Source: a virus
Taxonomy: Duplodnaviria; Caudoviricetes
Strand: one strand, 5' to 3'
Length of the DNA: 64,000 nucleotides
IMG/VR virus record: IMGVR_UViG_3300037484_000435
Location: 288,001-352,000 of that record
Position numbers and translations under genes: made by a program. The stretch's first letter is position 1. Each line of letters opens with the position of its first letter. The notes under the pieces were generated by a model that was not told the DNA's origin, did no database searches, and was given only the letters and a program-made list of their open reading frames with translations. Below are positions 12,301 through 27,300 of this stretch, in pieces.

Positions 12301-15300
12301 TCGCTGCGGAATCCATTGCTGCTCGGGCCTGCACGTCAGCTTTTTGAGCCTCCTCAACCATGGCCCGCTTCTGATTAATCTTCTCTATATCACGTTTATT
12401 GTCTGGATTTAAAGCAACTAATTCTTCCGCCGTCATCTCCGCAATAGGTTTGGGAAGTAGATTTTGTGTTAAAGGAGCTACCTTTCCATAATTAGATGAC
12501 ATTGGTCCCCACGAATAAGTTGCTTTTTGTAGTTCGGCACCAGCAACCCCTGTAACCTCATTACGATTCCATCCGAGTTCTGCACGTTTTATTTCCAACC
12601 TCGCCCTCTCAACAGCCTGCATCTCTTTGAACAGTCTCATCATTGCTTCCCCAGCTGTGATGATACCGGCGTAATTATCACGTAATTCTTCCAGTTTCTT
12701 GTTAAGGGCATCATACTGCTTAACACCAGCATCAATTTCTGATATTCCTCGTGCAATCTCATAACCTGCCGTTCTTGCTGCCCTTAACGGAACCTCCGCT
12801 TGTGCTTTATCACGCAAGGCGTTTAACGCCTGTTCAATAGAGCTAAGCCTATCTATTTGTGGCCCTAATTCCTTTTCACTTATTTTTCCGGCCTTGCGAT
12901 CTTCTAGTAATTGTTGTCTGCGCTTCGCAACAGCTGTTAGCTGCTCCTCAATCTCTGTACCCGCGGCGGACACCTTTTTAGATTTAGTTTTTCCCTTTAG
13001 ATCTTCCAAGTTATCTAGAAAAGGAATAGTTTCCTCCATATTTTTTAACTTGTCATCCTGTGCACGAGTAATCTTACCACCTAAAGCTAGAAAAGTTTCT
13101 CTCATCCCCACTGCTTCCGCAGGAGTAGCACTAACTATTCGTTTTGCTTGGTTTTGAAAATTTATAAAATCACTATACTTTCCACCTTCATTTTTTGTAA
13201 CTTCTTTTTGGAGCTTAGGATTATTTTCTAAAGTAATAAAACCCAGTTGTTGTTGTAATTTAGTTCGCTCACCTACACTCTTTTGTGATATCTCTTGCAT
13301 TTGTGACTGGTAGGCCTTTTCTTCAGATTCAAAACGGGTCCATGCTTGATAAACAGCTGGTTGTTCTTGCTTAAACCGATCCATGGGAGTAGCTTCTGTT
13401 ACATCCCTCATCCGTTGTTGTATATCTGGTCCACCAAAACCTCTACCAAATCCCATATTTTCTTTTGAAGTTTTAAATGTTTGGGCAAGCTCTTCACTGG
13501 CGGCACGAGCTTTTGCAAAAGCGGCTGTTAAAGCAAGAACTTCGGCATTATCATTCTTCAACGATTGCCTCCTTAATTCCATTTCCTCCAATTCCTGCTT
13601 GATTTTTTCTGGATTATCAGAAATCTTCAATGCTTGAGCCTTCATCTTATCTCTGAGCGCTTCTATTGCTTTTTCCAACTCTTGGGTAGGTGTAGGACCG
13701 ACACCCATTGCTTTTAATGGACTAAATCCTAACAGGGGGTCAAACCCCAGAGTGTCTTTAGCACCTTTTCCCAAACCAGCAGCGATATTTATAACTTTAT
13801 CAATGCCACCTTCTTCTTGTGCCTGTCTTTTTAACATCGCTATTCTTTTATAATCTCGGTCTAATTCTCTGTAACCACTCTTATCCGTAGACTTTAGGTA
13901 CTTACCAAATTCAGTTTTACTAAGTTCGTCAAACGTACCTTTATCCCCGCCAATAAGCTCAGACATGTACCCTGTTTGTGACCTCATTCGGTCCTCCAAC
14001 ATTTCACTGTCCATCTTTTCATTAAAAGATTTCATACCAACCATCATGCCACCAGCACCAAGCAAAGGCACTAGAGCACTTGTTAGTTGGGAAGGAACAC
14101 TTACTGTAGATTGTTTTCGTAGATCTTCTAAGTCTTTATTCGCCCTAGCAAATTCTGACTGCTTTCTAGCCGCAGGGCTAAACGCGGACATATCGACTAC
14201 TGGATTAGCTTTACCAACCAATTCTATACCCATAATATTTTCATATATAAAATCTTTTATTTTGGTTCCCAAAGGCTTAACTAAATCATACGCTAAAGCG
14301 GATGCGGCTGCACCAGCAACAGTTCCCAAAGGACCCGCAAATACAGACCCCACAGCACTGAAAATCCCCATAAGTATACCTTGTAAGCCAAGGGCACCCA
14401 CCAATTCAGGGACAATAGATGTTAGACCACCAACACCATATTTTTCTTTTGCCTCAGTTACCCCAGAGATAGTTTCCGCTACAACCCCAACAGCTGGAAG
14501 GGCGTGTCCGACACCCCTTAATGCCGGTAAACTTTTTGCAACACTTGGAAATGCAGTAAGAATTTTTCCTGTGGCAGTTTTCCCCAAATGACCAAACTCT
14601 TCGGCCACAGGTAAACCCTTATTAAAATCAGCTATTGCTCGTTCTAGTGCGGCGGTCTCAGCTTTAGCCCCTCCCATGATTGTCTTTAACGTGCCACCCT
14701 CACCGAAGAGATTGCTTTTCCAAGTCATACCTTTCCCAGCGGCCCCTCCTATCTCTTGTGCTACCATTACATCTGGTCTTATTACTGACATCACACCTTG
14801 CCCAAAAGCTCTTGGCATTGCACCAACGTTTCCTAGAGCAGGTTTTCCACCACCTACATTCATCAGTATAGAGCCAAGTCCTGCGACACCAGCAATACCT
14901 CCGTAGGCTTGTGCATGTGACAACTTAAATGTCTCTTCCAACTTAGAAGCAGCATACTCAGTCCCCATCATAGTCAGCATCATACCAGTCATTCCAGCAC
15001 CTTTACTCGGAGAAAGTCCTGACGGCCTCGGCATACCAGTTCTCTCCAACTCTTGAAAGGCCAAACTCATACCACGTATATTTGTTCGTATATCTCGATT
15101 ACCTTCCGCCAAGGAAGCTGAAAATCTCTGGATTTCCTTTCCAGCTTGGCTCATAGGGTCTATCATCTCAGCTTTAAGGAAGTCATTTATTCTTGCTTGT
15201 AAAACATCACGTGTTAATGGCTGTTGCACTGTACCAGGAGCCCCTTCAGTTTGGGTCAATGTCGCGTGGAGTCTCTGGGTAATTTCTCCTGCATTAATTG

Positions 15301-18300
15301 GTCGTTCCGTTCTAATCATCTCAGTTAAATTCTGCAGTGGTTGCACAAATCTATCCGACCCATGAGACACATATTCACGAAGTCTTTCTGCATATATAGA
15401 GTAATTCCTTTGGAGTTCAGGAGGAAGTGTTTCGATCGCCCTGCTGAGTTCTGTGTAAGTAGTATTTACATCCTTACCAGCCCCCGTTTTCATCTGATTT
15501 AGCATTTCATTCAAACGTTCAATTGTACTATAAAGACGAGTTTGGCCAGACACAGTTTCAAAATAATTAGCTTTACCCGCCTCAACATCTGTTATTAGTT
15601 TTTCATGGGTACCTAGCGTTTGTGCTCGTGTCTGTAAATCCGTATAAACTTCAGCGACAGGCTTGTTTCTGTAGTAACGCCGCATTTCAGGGTCCATCTT
15701 TACCTGACTTAGACGACTAACATTCTCTGCTCCCTGCTGCGTAAATTCTTTAAGCACCTCGGAAACTCTCCGCATCTCCGCATTTACGCGTTTTAATTCA
15801 GCCTGTAATTCGGTTCGTCGTACCGCCACATCCTCTGAGGTCCTAAACATTTCTTGGGGCTTCAAAGCAGTTTCTACAATAGTGTTCACTCTGTTTCGTT
15901 CTTGAACATGCCTTGTATAAAGTGGATCACCTCTACCCACATTATTCCTATCCATTTCTCTTATATTTGCTTCGAGTTCGTGCAAGCGGTGCCACTCTTG
16001 CTCTATTCCTAATTGTTTTAAAGGACTGACGAGAGAACCTTCCGCTGGGGTTCTTAACCCTTGTGTTAATGCTCCTCCACGAACAGCAAGATGCTCTTTT
16101 GCCACACCAGCCATAATAGTGTACGCACCCATAGGATCTCTAGGTAAAGCTGGTGATTGGATTCCTGAAGCAATCCCCCTGCGGTAGAGATTTTCTATGA
16201 TTTGCCCGCGGGTACGGTGCGTAGCAACACCTGGCCTCACATCGTCACCTAAGTAACTCTGTAAATCTTGTGGGCTCAATACATCACGAGCAGGGAAAAT
16301 GTCTGCGGCCAGTCTTTGTAACGCTCCCGCGTTATTTCGAGCTGATCTTACTCGTCGAGCCGATTCAAGAACTTCTGGGGTTCGCATGTCCACACGAGTA
16401 GAATCCACAACCCGTGTCGCCCTAGATCTCTCATCTAAGCCCCTTATAATATTTTCATACTCTCTATTGGCCTCTTCGGGCAATGGCGTGGTGTTCCCTA
16501 ATCCATGTGCCTCTCTAAGCATATTTTCGATTCCCATACGTCTAACACCAGGGGCTGGTCCACGTCGAGTTTGTCTGTAGAGGCGGTTCATTTCCCCTGT
16601 CATGGCTTCAGAACTTATATCAACACCACGCTCATTCACTATCGCTTCTGCCACTAAACGTCCCGCCCTATCCTGTTGTGTTCCGGGCATCATTTCTGCA
16701 TCAATAGCCCTCTCTCGTAATCTTCTGCGTAACTCTGCTTCAACACGGTTAGATACTGGTCTTAGTTGTGTTCCATTTATTTCCGGCATAGTTCTTGCCA
16801 TAATTCTATTTCGGGGAGCAAAGAATCCCCGATCTATCTGTTCCGTTCTAATTAAGGCATCGTGCAGTTCTTGTAGAGGTACTGTTGCTGCTGGGGTACC
16901 TGCGGGACCCGTTCTCCGTTTCATCGAAGCTTCGGCTTGATCTTGAGAAATTCTCCTATAAAGTCCTTCTTGTACATTTGCGGGTAAGGGCACATCTCCC
17001 TGATTTAAGGTGTAACCCTGTTGTTGCATATTTTGCCGTGCTTCATTAAGAACAAATCCAAGTTCTCCCCTACGGGACAATTGATTTTGTAATACATCTA
17101 TTCCTTGTTTTTCAGTAGCTATACGAGCATTACGCTCACGGCCAGTTTCTGCACGACCTTGTTGATTAGCAGGATTAGAAAGATTAGTTTGTAATGTTTG
17201 TAGTCTTCGGATCTCTTCATGTTGCGGACTCATTCCACCTTGAACTCTGCGGTCTATTTCATACTGTAATTCCGTTGCTAAACTTTGTCCTGATCGATCA
17301 GTCTTAGCTGCACTAGTACGTTTTAGGTATGCCTCCCGCTGTTGAATCTCTCGTTCAATGTCTGCCTCAGGAACTGTTATATCACCAACAGTAACTCTCG
17401 AACCCCCTCTTTGACGAGGAACTCCACCAGAAAGCAATTCTCTTATCTGTGCCAAACGCTTTTCTAATACACCAAACTTTCCAATATGTTTATCCCTAAT
17501 TTCTTCAAGCCTTCTTATCTCTGCCTCAAATTGCCCCGCTTGGCTAGAGAATAAAGACTCAATTCCAGCGCGTGCTCTCTTCAAATCATCTAGACGAGCT
17601 TCGAACTTAGCCCTGCTCTCTCCTAACTTCCTCATTATGTCGTTGTCGGTGGCCGACTCCAATGCCTGATTAGTGCTGTCTAACAACTTTTTGGTGCTCG
17701 CAATATACTTATCATTTCTACGTAAACGGCGTTCCTTAAGTTCAACTGACTCCATTAGGTGCTGTCTCGGTTCAGCAAGTTTTGCATCAGTATCCATAAT
17801 ATTACGAAAAGTGTCTTGATATTGAGTTCGCGTATTTTGTAAAATACCAAAGGACTCAATAATTGGTAATCTGTGTTGAACATCCTGGGGCGTCATACCA
17901 AAACGACTAGTGTTGGGTCCCCTTAAATTATCTATAGCAGACCCTGCATTTTGAACATTTGGCATCCCAACCATACGTGTAAAGAACTCAGAGTGATTTA
18001 GTGCATTAGGTCCCGCTGATATTGTAGGTAAACCAGTCTGTCCACGAGACCTACCTGCATAATACTGAGACATTAAATTGTCCATCCAAAATTGCTGAGC
18101 TCGACTCTGCACAATATCTAAGCCCCCCATACCAGGAAGTGTCCCTCTTTGCCTCATGAACTGTTGTCGCATGAATTGTTCTTCTAGTTCCGCACCAACA
18201 GGGGTGCCTTTACCACCCAATAACCCAGACATAAAATTCCAAACCTGTTTGTATTTAGGAGTAGCCACCGCACCTATCCCTCCAAACACAGCCTGTTCTC

Positions 18301-21300
18301 CAGAAGCTGTGGAAGGTGTTAACGACTGATTACCCATACCCAACTGGGCTAGATGAACTTGTTCGGCGGTCTGCATCATACGTTCCTGAATACCGCGACC
18401 AGTCATCCTCCTCGTGACTGCCCCATATATCCCACCAGCAGCCGCTACTCCAGCAGCAAGAGGTAAAGAGGCACCAGCTAATGTGGCCATTCCTCCAGCC
18501 GCCAACGTAGATAGAACTGGATGACCGGCAGTTAATCCTAGTATGGAACCTTTGATGCCCCCCAATCCGGTTAGAGTACCAATAGCACCTCCCGCCATAA
18601 AACGATTCCGAGCCCTAAATATATTTGAAGTTTGCCTATCCGTGCCAACCCCACTAGCTATCTCTTCCATTAGTCTCTGAGAATAAAATGGGTCAACACC
18701 ATAACGACCTTGTGCGGGCTTTGCCCATTGACCAAAAGCACCTGCTCTTATACCACCATAGGCCCCCAGAGCCGCACCAGCCTCAGGTGCAATGTGCATC
18801 AGTTCCCCAAACCCTGTTGGTCCCAATGCCCCTAGAGTTCCAGCAGCACCAGCAGCCATTAGGCCTGGCCTAAATCCGGTTCCTAAAGCGGCTCGATACC
18901 CAACGGAACCAAGAGCCCCTCCTATTAGTGTTCCAGGTAATCCGGTTCCTAATTCTAACGCGGACAGCCCAGCTCCCAACATAAAACCTCTAGTGCCTCC
19001 TCTCTCGGACAAGGCCCAAGGCATACGTTCTCCCGCCCTTACATATTGTGGAGCACCCGCTCTAGCCCAACGTTCACTTGCACGATCATATAAACCTTCA
19101 AGACGTCTCCCAGCAAAAGCTCGCCCTATAATTCCGGGTTGCCAAGCCCTAGCCCCCGTAATCTGGTCAACTACAGGTGTAGGTTGTAAAATATTTCTAG
19201 CAGCACTTACAAAGGGCGAAGCAACTCGGCTTATTGATTGAGTAGCCGAAACACCTATAGCGGATTCTACCCGTGCTCTTACATTTGTCCGGAGAAAATT
19301 AATGACGTTGTCAAATACACCAATAAACGATTGTTTACCTAGACCTTGTGTCAAACTTAATTCAATAAGTCTTAATGAATCAGCTAATTTAAGTGGCCAT
19401 TGGCTTAAGCGTAATGCAGTAGACACACCCAGATTATTAATACGGTCTGTAACAGTGGTGTCCGCAGCCCATGCTTGTAACCTATTGATACCATCTATCC
19501 AACCACGCATAGTCCTCCCTACTGCCCCCAATGCACCACTCAGCCCAAGTAAACTACGTTCAATAACAACCCCTGCAGTTGAGGACATACCCGGAAGACC
19601 ACCAATAGATGCTCCTGCGCGTCCTGCTAAACTAGACAATCCTTCTGCAGCCCAAGCGGTGGGACGAAGTGCCGTTAATTTTGCAGTTGTCCCAGTTATC
19701 GGAATCATCCTTTCTCTAACAAAACTAGTTATTCCCCCTAAAGCCTCACCTTTTCCCAAAGCCCCTGTAATTGCACGAACAAAATCATACGTCATCTGCA
19801 TATCTTTTTTAAGGTTACTCACATGGGGAAGTAAAGTCATTACACCCGCCAAACCACCTATAGCTGCCATTCCAACTGGCCCCAAAGCAGCTATTGAAAG
19901 AAGTCCCGCACCACCCAACATAGAGCCACCCAGCACATGCCCAGCCACACCAGTGCGAGGTCCCACAAGACCACCTAATGCAGAGCCTCCCCTAGTCCCT
20001 GCTCCAAGAAAACCACTAAACATAAGTGAGCTTATTACAGTAGGCATTAACCCACCTAAGGCGGCTCCTACTGCAAACCTGCGTAGTCCACTTCTCCCTA
20101 ATGTAGGACCTGCTGTCCCTTCCGGTTCTCCATTTACTAATCTCTGGTACCATCTGGAAGACTGTGCTGGAGTAGTAGCAGGAAGCAACTGCTGACCAGC
20201 CGAGGTTTCAAACTGCCGAGGGTCTCTCATAGCCCGTTTCCAAATATCACCTTGAAAATTAGGCTGAGTTGACCAATCGGCAAATCTAGGTTGCCGTTCT
20301 CCGTAGCGTTTTGCATCTGTTATGAGGTTCTCTAGAATACGAGGGTCGCCCAAATTTGTTTGTGTTGGAACTGGATGTGTTGCTAGGAAAGATTCGGGTA
20401 ATCCTTTTACCAATCCTCCCACACCTTGGAAAGCTCCAGGATAAGCCCGTGTGATCAATTTAAAAGCCATATAAGCAGCAGCAGCAGTAACCGCCGCACC
20501 CATAAAACTCATGCTTTGCGACTGCTCAATGGAAGCTCTAAGCAAACGAGAACGTGGGGCCAACTGGTCATCACTGCCTGAACCTATTACACCACCAGCT
20601 GGAGCTGCGGCCCGCATGACTGCTGTGTTGTCCGCGATTTGTCTTAACCAATCTGAGTGGTTCAACATAATACGTCTATCCCAATCCGCAGATTGTGATA
20701 AAGATTTTAAGAGAGAATTACCAGCCTCAGTAGCCTTTAGGATATTCCCACCAAAGAATTTCTCCGCAACTTGACTGCCTAGATACGCCCCAACACCAGC
20801 TTGTAGCGGTCGAAGATAGCGACTAGGCTCTGGCATTCCTCCTTCCATAATTGCTCTAGCCCGTGTAGCTTCTCTTTGTAACTTGTCTCGTTCAGCCTTT
20901 TCCTTTTTCCACTGTACCAGATCCCTTTTAGCCAAAAACATTGGATCAAATCTATCCTTCATGGAAATCTCTTCTATACCAATTAACTTAGAAAGCCTAT
21001 CCTCCCCAAACACGTTACCCAAGGCGTTGTTTATCCTTCGTCCTATATGAAGGTCAGATATTCTTTTGCTTATTCGACTTGGAAGATTATTAGTTAATGA
21101 GTTAATACCCTCCATCCAAAGACCACCCAAATCAAAATCTTTCCAAACTCTCTCGGCCATGGGAAACTCGGGTTCTGGTCGGCTAACGGCAGGCGGCCGA
21201 GGTATATTCCCCCATCGTCGTTGTTGTTCCTCCATAGGGGTTCCTAGTCTCCTATTAGCAGCGATTGTCGCGGTTTCTCTCTCAAAGTTTGGTACGGGCA

Positions 21301-24300
21301 TACCAACCGTTTGCTTGGCCCAGTCACCCCAACTGATAGGTTGTTCACCCGCTAACCCCATAAACTGTCTTAAATGAGTTCCCCAAGATGCTGTTGACTT
21401 TAACTTATCTCTCTCTGAAGTGGGTCCGCCGACGAGGGTTCTTCCAATGTCTGGAAGGAATGAAGTTAAATCATAAAGCGATCCCACTGTACCTCTCGCT
21501 GCCCATGCTGGAAAACTGTCTGGTTCCTTCGGTTGGCCCATCATTTGTAAGAAATTTTCTCTATCCTGTTCTCCCAATAAATCTTCACGTAATCCCGACT
21601 CAGGCATAAACCCTGCCGGTGTGAATCGCTTAGTCTTTTTAGCTCTCTCCGCTACCGTCCTTAATCCACGCTCTCGCTTATCAAAATCATAATAATTTTC
21701 TACCATTGCTTCTCTTAGTGGATCTTGATAGGGCTTTACATAACCGGCGTCTTCTTCAGCCACTCTCCAAAGAGGGGATGGTTTCTGCCAATCAAATCCC
21801 CTATCCTCCCTTACTCCTATCGCCCTAAGAAATCTATCTCCCAAATGTGAACCTTTATCCTTGTAGGTACTTTCATAAGAAGAAAAATCGGGGGATTTAG
21901 TTACGTAATCCATGGCCCCAACGATATAGTCACTTATCCCCTTACCTGTTTTAGAAATTGCTCCAGAAACTTTTGTTTCAACGGAATCAGAAAGACCTTC
22001 GGCATCTTTCCCCAAATCTCTAAACCAACCACCCAGATCGAGTCCAATAGTCATTTTACCCAAACCGATAAGATCAGTCCACGTCGACCAAAGTTTGTCT
22101 ATAGCTTTGGACACCACATCCGCAGCGGGCCCGACAGCTTCTAAATCCATACTAACCGGTTTCCAATTCTGTGATAAGTTAGACCATGCTTCAGATTCAA
22201 TATCTACTGCAGGGGTTTTTACTCCGATGTCCCCAGCCTTAGTCTTGGGGCCTAGTTTACTAGTATAATACTGTTGCGCTTTTTCAAGGAACTGCTGATC
22301 CCTTTCTTGTGGCGAAGTAAATAAATCTTCAAAAGCACCCATCCAACCAGACAAACCCTTTTTCTGTGTAAATTGTTTTCCTACAATGGGTTCCCATTTT
22401 TTGTCAAAATTGGTAATCTTTGTTTGTGCATATTCGACAAAGCCTGGAAGTGCATTAGATATGGCCTCCGACGGCACTTTTTGCTTTAACAAGTTAGAGT
22501 TCGGTTGCCCCTCGACAAGCCTTTGCCCAGAAGTAGAAGCCAGTTGTCTATACTGTTCTGCAAGCTTTAACCTCTGAAATCTTTCTGGTTCCGATAAGTT
22601 CTTCTCGTTAGCAGAAGCTAAAGTCTTCTTATAATCCGCTGTATATTTATCGTAATCTGATAGTAGTTGTTTGTCCGATTTATTCGCTGTGGCCGCAGAC
22701 CTATTTAAATCTTGTAATTCAGAAATAACTTTCTCAATTAAATGTAGTTGTGAAGTTTGTAAACCAACAAGTGCCGCATCCTCCTTCTTCCCTTCTGGAG
22801 CTGTACCTATAGATCTTAATATTCTATCCACATTTTCTTTACCTAAACTCTCCCCGAGTCTCCCACCCAATTGCTCCTTTAAGTCTTCTGCCATAAGACG
22901 GGTGCGGGTATCGGTACCAGCCAGAAGTTTCTCTGTTTGTATATAACGTTGGCCACGCATTTCAGTTTCTGACTGACGCTGAGTTACACGTGCGTACTCC
23001 GGATTAATGATACCTAGCTTTTGTTCTTCGGAAAGTTCGGCCCACGCTTTTGGTTTGGTAGGCATCTTTACAGGTAACCTATCCTCACTTTCAAAACCAA
23101 CTTTAACACGGCGTGCTGCTACCTCGGCCCGATCTTGGGCTATTGTTACTTGCTCATCAATTTTTGCTTTTGCAATAGTGTTGAATGTATTCTCCCATTC
23201 CTCTCGGACCTGTATTAAAAACTCTAACTTACGTTTTTTTACTAAAAGGTCCTGCATCTCTTTTATCTTACTAGCACTCTTATCAGCACTAGCCGTGTCA
23301 GAAGTATACAGTTTCCATTGCACATCCATATCCCTGATTGCTTCAGCCACTTCCCACATCGCATCTTGTGCTTTCCGGCTACCCTCCACTTCAAACAAGA
23401 ATTTTTCCCCCAGTTTTAAAGCCTCATGTCCCTGAAACTTAGGCATAAACATAGCGGCCCCACCACCAGCGTACTGTTTAGTTTTTTCGTACTCTTTGCC
23501 TATGTCAAACATACCAGCCTGTTTACGGGACCAAGTTTCGATTTTACCTTGTAAGTTTTCCCAACCAATTCTCCGTTCCTCTAAACCTCCGGGGGCACGA
23601 CCTTGGGCATAGGGAAGCTCGCCGGGCTCGGGCATAATCAACGGCATAGCTTTTTCCGGAGAAAGCGCACCTGTCTTATAGGCCTCTTGGGTTAATTGTG
23701 TCCACCCCATTGTGTCCCCTGGCTTAATACCCTTTGCTCTGGCTGATTCTACCTCTTGATAAGCTATCTTAGTCATAGTGGTCCAATCTTGTGGTTCTTT
23801 CGTGTTAAGGATTTGTTCATTGGCACCCTCACCAACAGCACCAACAGCCACATAATACTTACCCTCACCAGCACTAGTTGCAACCAATGCCTTAGGTTCC
23901 TGCATTGCCCCACGTGTAACCCCTTCAGTAATAACTTCTTTTGCTAAACCTTGTTGTTGTAACATCAAGTTCCAACGTTCTTGTCTAGCCAAAAAACGTT
24001 TAGCAACTGCAGATTCTTCTTCTCCCCCTGTTTTTGGGGTAGCAGCCTCTATCCGCTTAGCTTCGTCTTTAACCCACCCCATTACACCCTTAACTGTATT
24101 AGATAGAGTTGTAAAGGAACCTGTTATTACAGTTTTTATATCTGAAGTTCCTATTGAAGATAAGAATGAAAATGCGCCTTGCACCTTATTGGCGATGTCT
24201 GGGCTAACTGCTCCGATAGAGGAAACTATAATATTTGAGATGCCACGAAAAGCACTACTCAGACCTTCAGCTATGATGTTCCCCATTCCCTTGGTTGCAG

Positions 24301-27300
24301 AAACAAGATTTCCTAGTAATCCTCCAGTCAGTTCGTTATAAAAACCCCCAATAACCCCTAAGTCTTCTTTACCTACTCTTCCAAACGCATCCTTTAGATT
24401 ACCAAATATAGCGTCCCTGATAAAACTACCTATATCAGTAATAAAAGTGGCGGGTAATCCTACTGTTGTTAAGCCTGATTGAATCAATCGGTAAGCTTGG
24501 TTAGCATAATCCTTTACCCCTTCACCAATACCAGTCATTACTTTTATTAAATTTTGAATGTTTTCATTACCCAAAGACATCCGTAATGAATCCAAGACAT
24601 TATTTTTCAAATCACCGAAGAAACTCATTAATCCTTCGGAAATAGTCAAAGCCAAATCCTTTAATACTTTTTGTATATTAGCAGTTCTAGTCTCAGAAAA
24701 CATTTTAGAAATTAATGCTCCGCCAGATTCTGCTGAAGATATTAATGCTGCTGCTCCAGTGATGGTTTTGGCGTACCACTCGGAAATAACTCTTCCACCT
24801 GAATTTATCGCCGCATTAATTGCTCCTGTAAATTGGTCTGCTTGAGGTTGATACTGGTCAAGCATCCCATAAAGCTCTTTTCCTTGTGGAACCCCGAGTC
24901 TCTCAGGTAAATTAGATAAGGAAACATACTGTTTAGAAACCTGATAATTGCGACCTGTAAGCGCATCGTATCTATTTTCACGACCAAACATGTCCCCGTA
25001 ACTCTGCGCTGGTTTGGTGGTTATAGTTTCTTGGAGTTTCTCTAAATTCCCTCCAGTAAGCTGTTCAGCTACCTGCCGCATAGTGTCTAAATTCCTTCCA
25101 GCCTTTACTTCAAAAAATTTATCCAAGCCTTTGTCGCTAGTTAATTTCATAAAGTCACCAGCAGTAGTACCTTTTCCAACTCCTAAAATATCTTGCTCTA
25201 CTTTCATCATGGCGGCATCTAATTCAGCGTTAGCGTCATCAAGCTTCTTAGAGATATCTTTCATACGTCCGGATAGAAATGGTGGGATCATTCCAGTTTG
25301 TGCCCCACCTTCGTACCCAAACTTCCCAGTCACCCCTAGATAAGGAACAAATCTCTGAGTGTTTATAGTTCTTAGTGGTGTAGCTCCCAACATTTGGGCC
25401 TTTTCTTGCGCAGCTTTTAATTCGCCCATTTGTGAAAGCAATGCTTGCTGTTTTTCGTAAGGAGTTTTAGGCAACAGTGCTTCAGACCATTGCTTTCCGA
25501 CTACCGGTATAGTTTCAAGTGCTGATTGTAAAGAGCCCCTTACTTGATTCGCCCCAGTCCCAGTTGGAAATATAGTGCCTGCCCTAAGTTTTGCAAGATC
25601 AATTTTTTCCATGTTTTGTAAAACATTCAGCTGTGATTGAAAGACATCTAATAAATTACGGGCCTTAACAGTAGTGTCAAGTATTGCATTACCAAACACA
25701 TCATACCCTTTTGCTAGGGTTGGCACCATCTGAACACTAGCACGAGTAGCCTCATCCTCTGCCTTTTTAAACTCCGCTATTTTTGTCACCACAGACTTAT
25801 AGTTCTTTGACATGCCTTCGCTATATACCAGCCTATCTCGTTCCTTTTCTGCACCGGAAGGAAGGTTTGGGCCAGCGGCTGGTGTAGTTAATTGTTTTTC
25901 AGTTTCCAGCAATACCTGTCTTTTGGTTTCCGCGTCTGTCCATTTCTTTTCTAAATCCGACATTTCGGTAAATTGTTGCCGGATCTGTCCTGGAGCATTC
26001 ATACGTGTTTGGTAACGACGCAACGTTGATTCTGGTCCACCAGCCACATCTTGTATCTTTTCTCTGCTAGAGTAGGCAAATCCAGCAGCTAAACCTAACG
26101 GAAGTAGACTTCTTATAACTCCAGTCCCAGCCCCCGCAGCTGTCCCCATAACTGCGCCCATCACCTTTGACGCGAGAGAGATAGAACCTATTGCTGCAGC
26201 TAAGGGTAATAGTTTATCACCAGAGTCTCCCATCAACCCCAATGCTGCAGTAACACCAGCCAGAACGAGGCCAAGATTGCCAGCTGAGGACGACATAGAA
26301 GAGAACATCGAGTTAAACGTCCTACCTGTGGCCAGAGTCAAATAAGCCATCTTACCTAAAGTGGTAGAAGCATCCCCCAAACCTCCAATGTCTTTTACAC
26401 TTTCGACCGCCCCTAGTGTACTTCTAATGGGAGATACTGCGAATTGAGTAATACCAGAGACGGCACCTGTGGCACCAGAACTTAGTCCAAAATTCTGTAG
26501 TCCACTCATTACCTTCTCGATTTGACTAGAAAATGTTGCGAATGTACCTAGTCCTAAAATAATCTGTTTAATACGATCGGGAACCAATGTAAAAGCCCCA
26601 ACCAACCCTCTGGTAGCATCCGTTAAAACTTTCATTGGCTCAATAGCAAGCTTTCCGAAATCAGTGTACATTTCCTGCATAGATGCTCTTAATTGCTGAT
26701 ACTTTGTATTAAGTGTGTCCAACTGCAACTCCAACCTAGCCTCAGTAGCTCCTTGTGAGTTCATTGAATCAGAAACCGAATCTTGTGCTTCCTTAAAATT
26801 GTCCATCAAAGTAATAAATGCGTTATAATGACGGGCACCAGCAATAACGCTAGCATAATTTTGTCTTTGAGCATCCGACATTGTTTGCCATTTGACATTT
26901 AACTCCTCTAGGAAACGCATGCCGGGTTTTAATTCACCACTCGGTAACAGGGTGTCCATCTTAAGTTCATCTTTTAATTTATTTCTTACAGCTGAGGTCT
27001 GCAAATTTTTAAACATGAACCTTAAGGCAGTACCAACCTCCTCCCCTGTCTGACGTGTCACAACAGCAATAGCCGTGATTATACCATTAAGTTCGTGAAA
27101 ATCTACACCAGCAGTTCTAGCGGCGGATCCAGCTCGAAGCATACCACTTGCTAACTCCTTAGCTGTTATTGCGTGCTTAACGTCAACATTTATCCATGCA
27201 TCTAAATATTTTTGAGCGGCGCCCATCTGCTCACCGTATTGTTTTGTAGCTGCAGTCAAGTACTCAGTAACCTCAGCAGATTTCATGTCAGTAACTGTTG

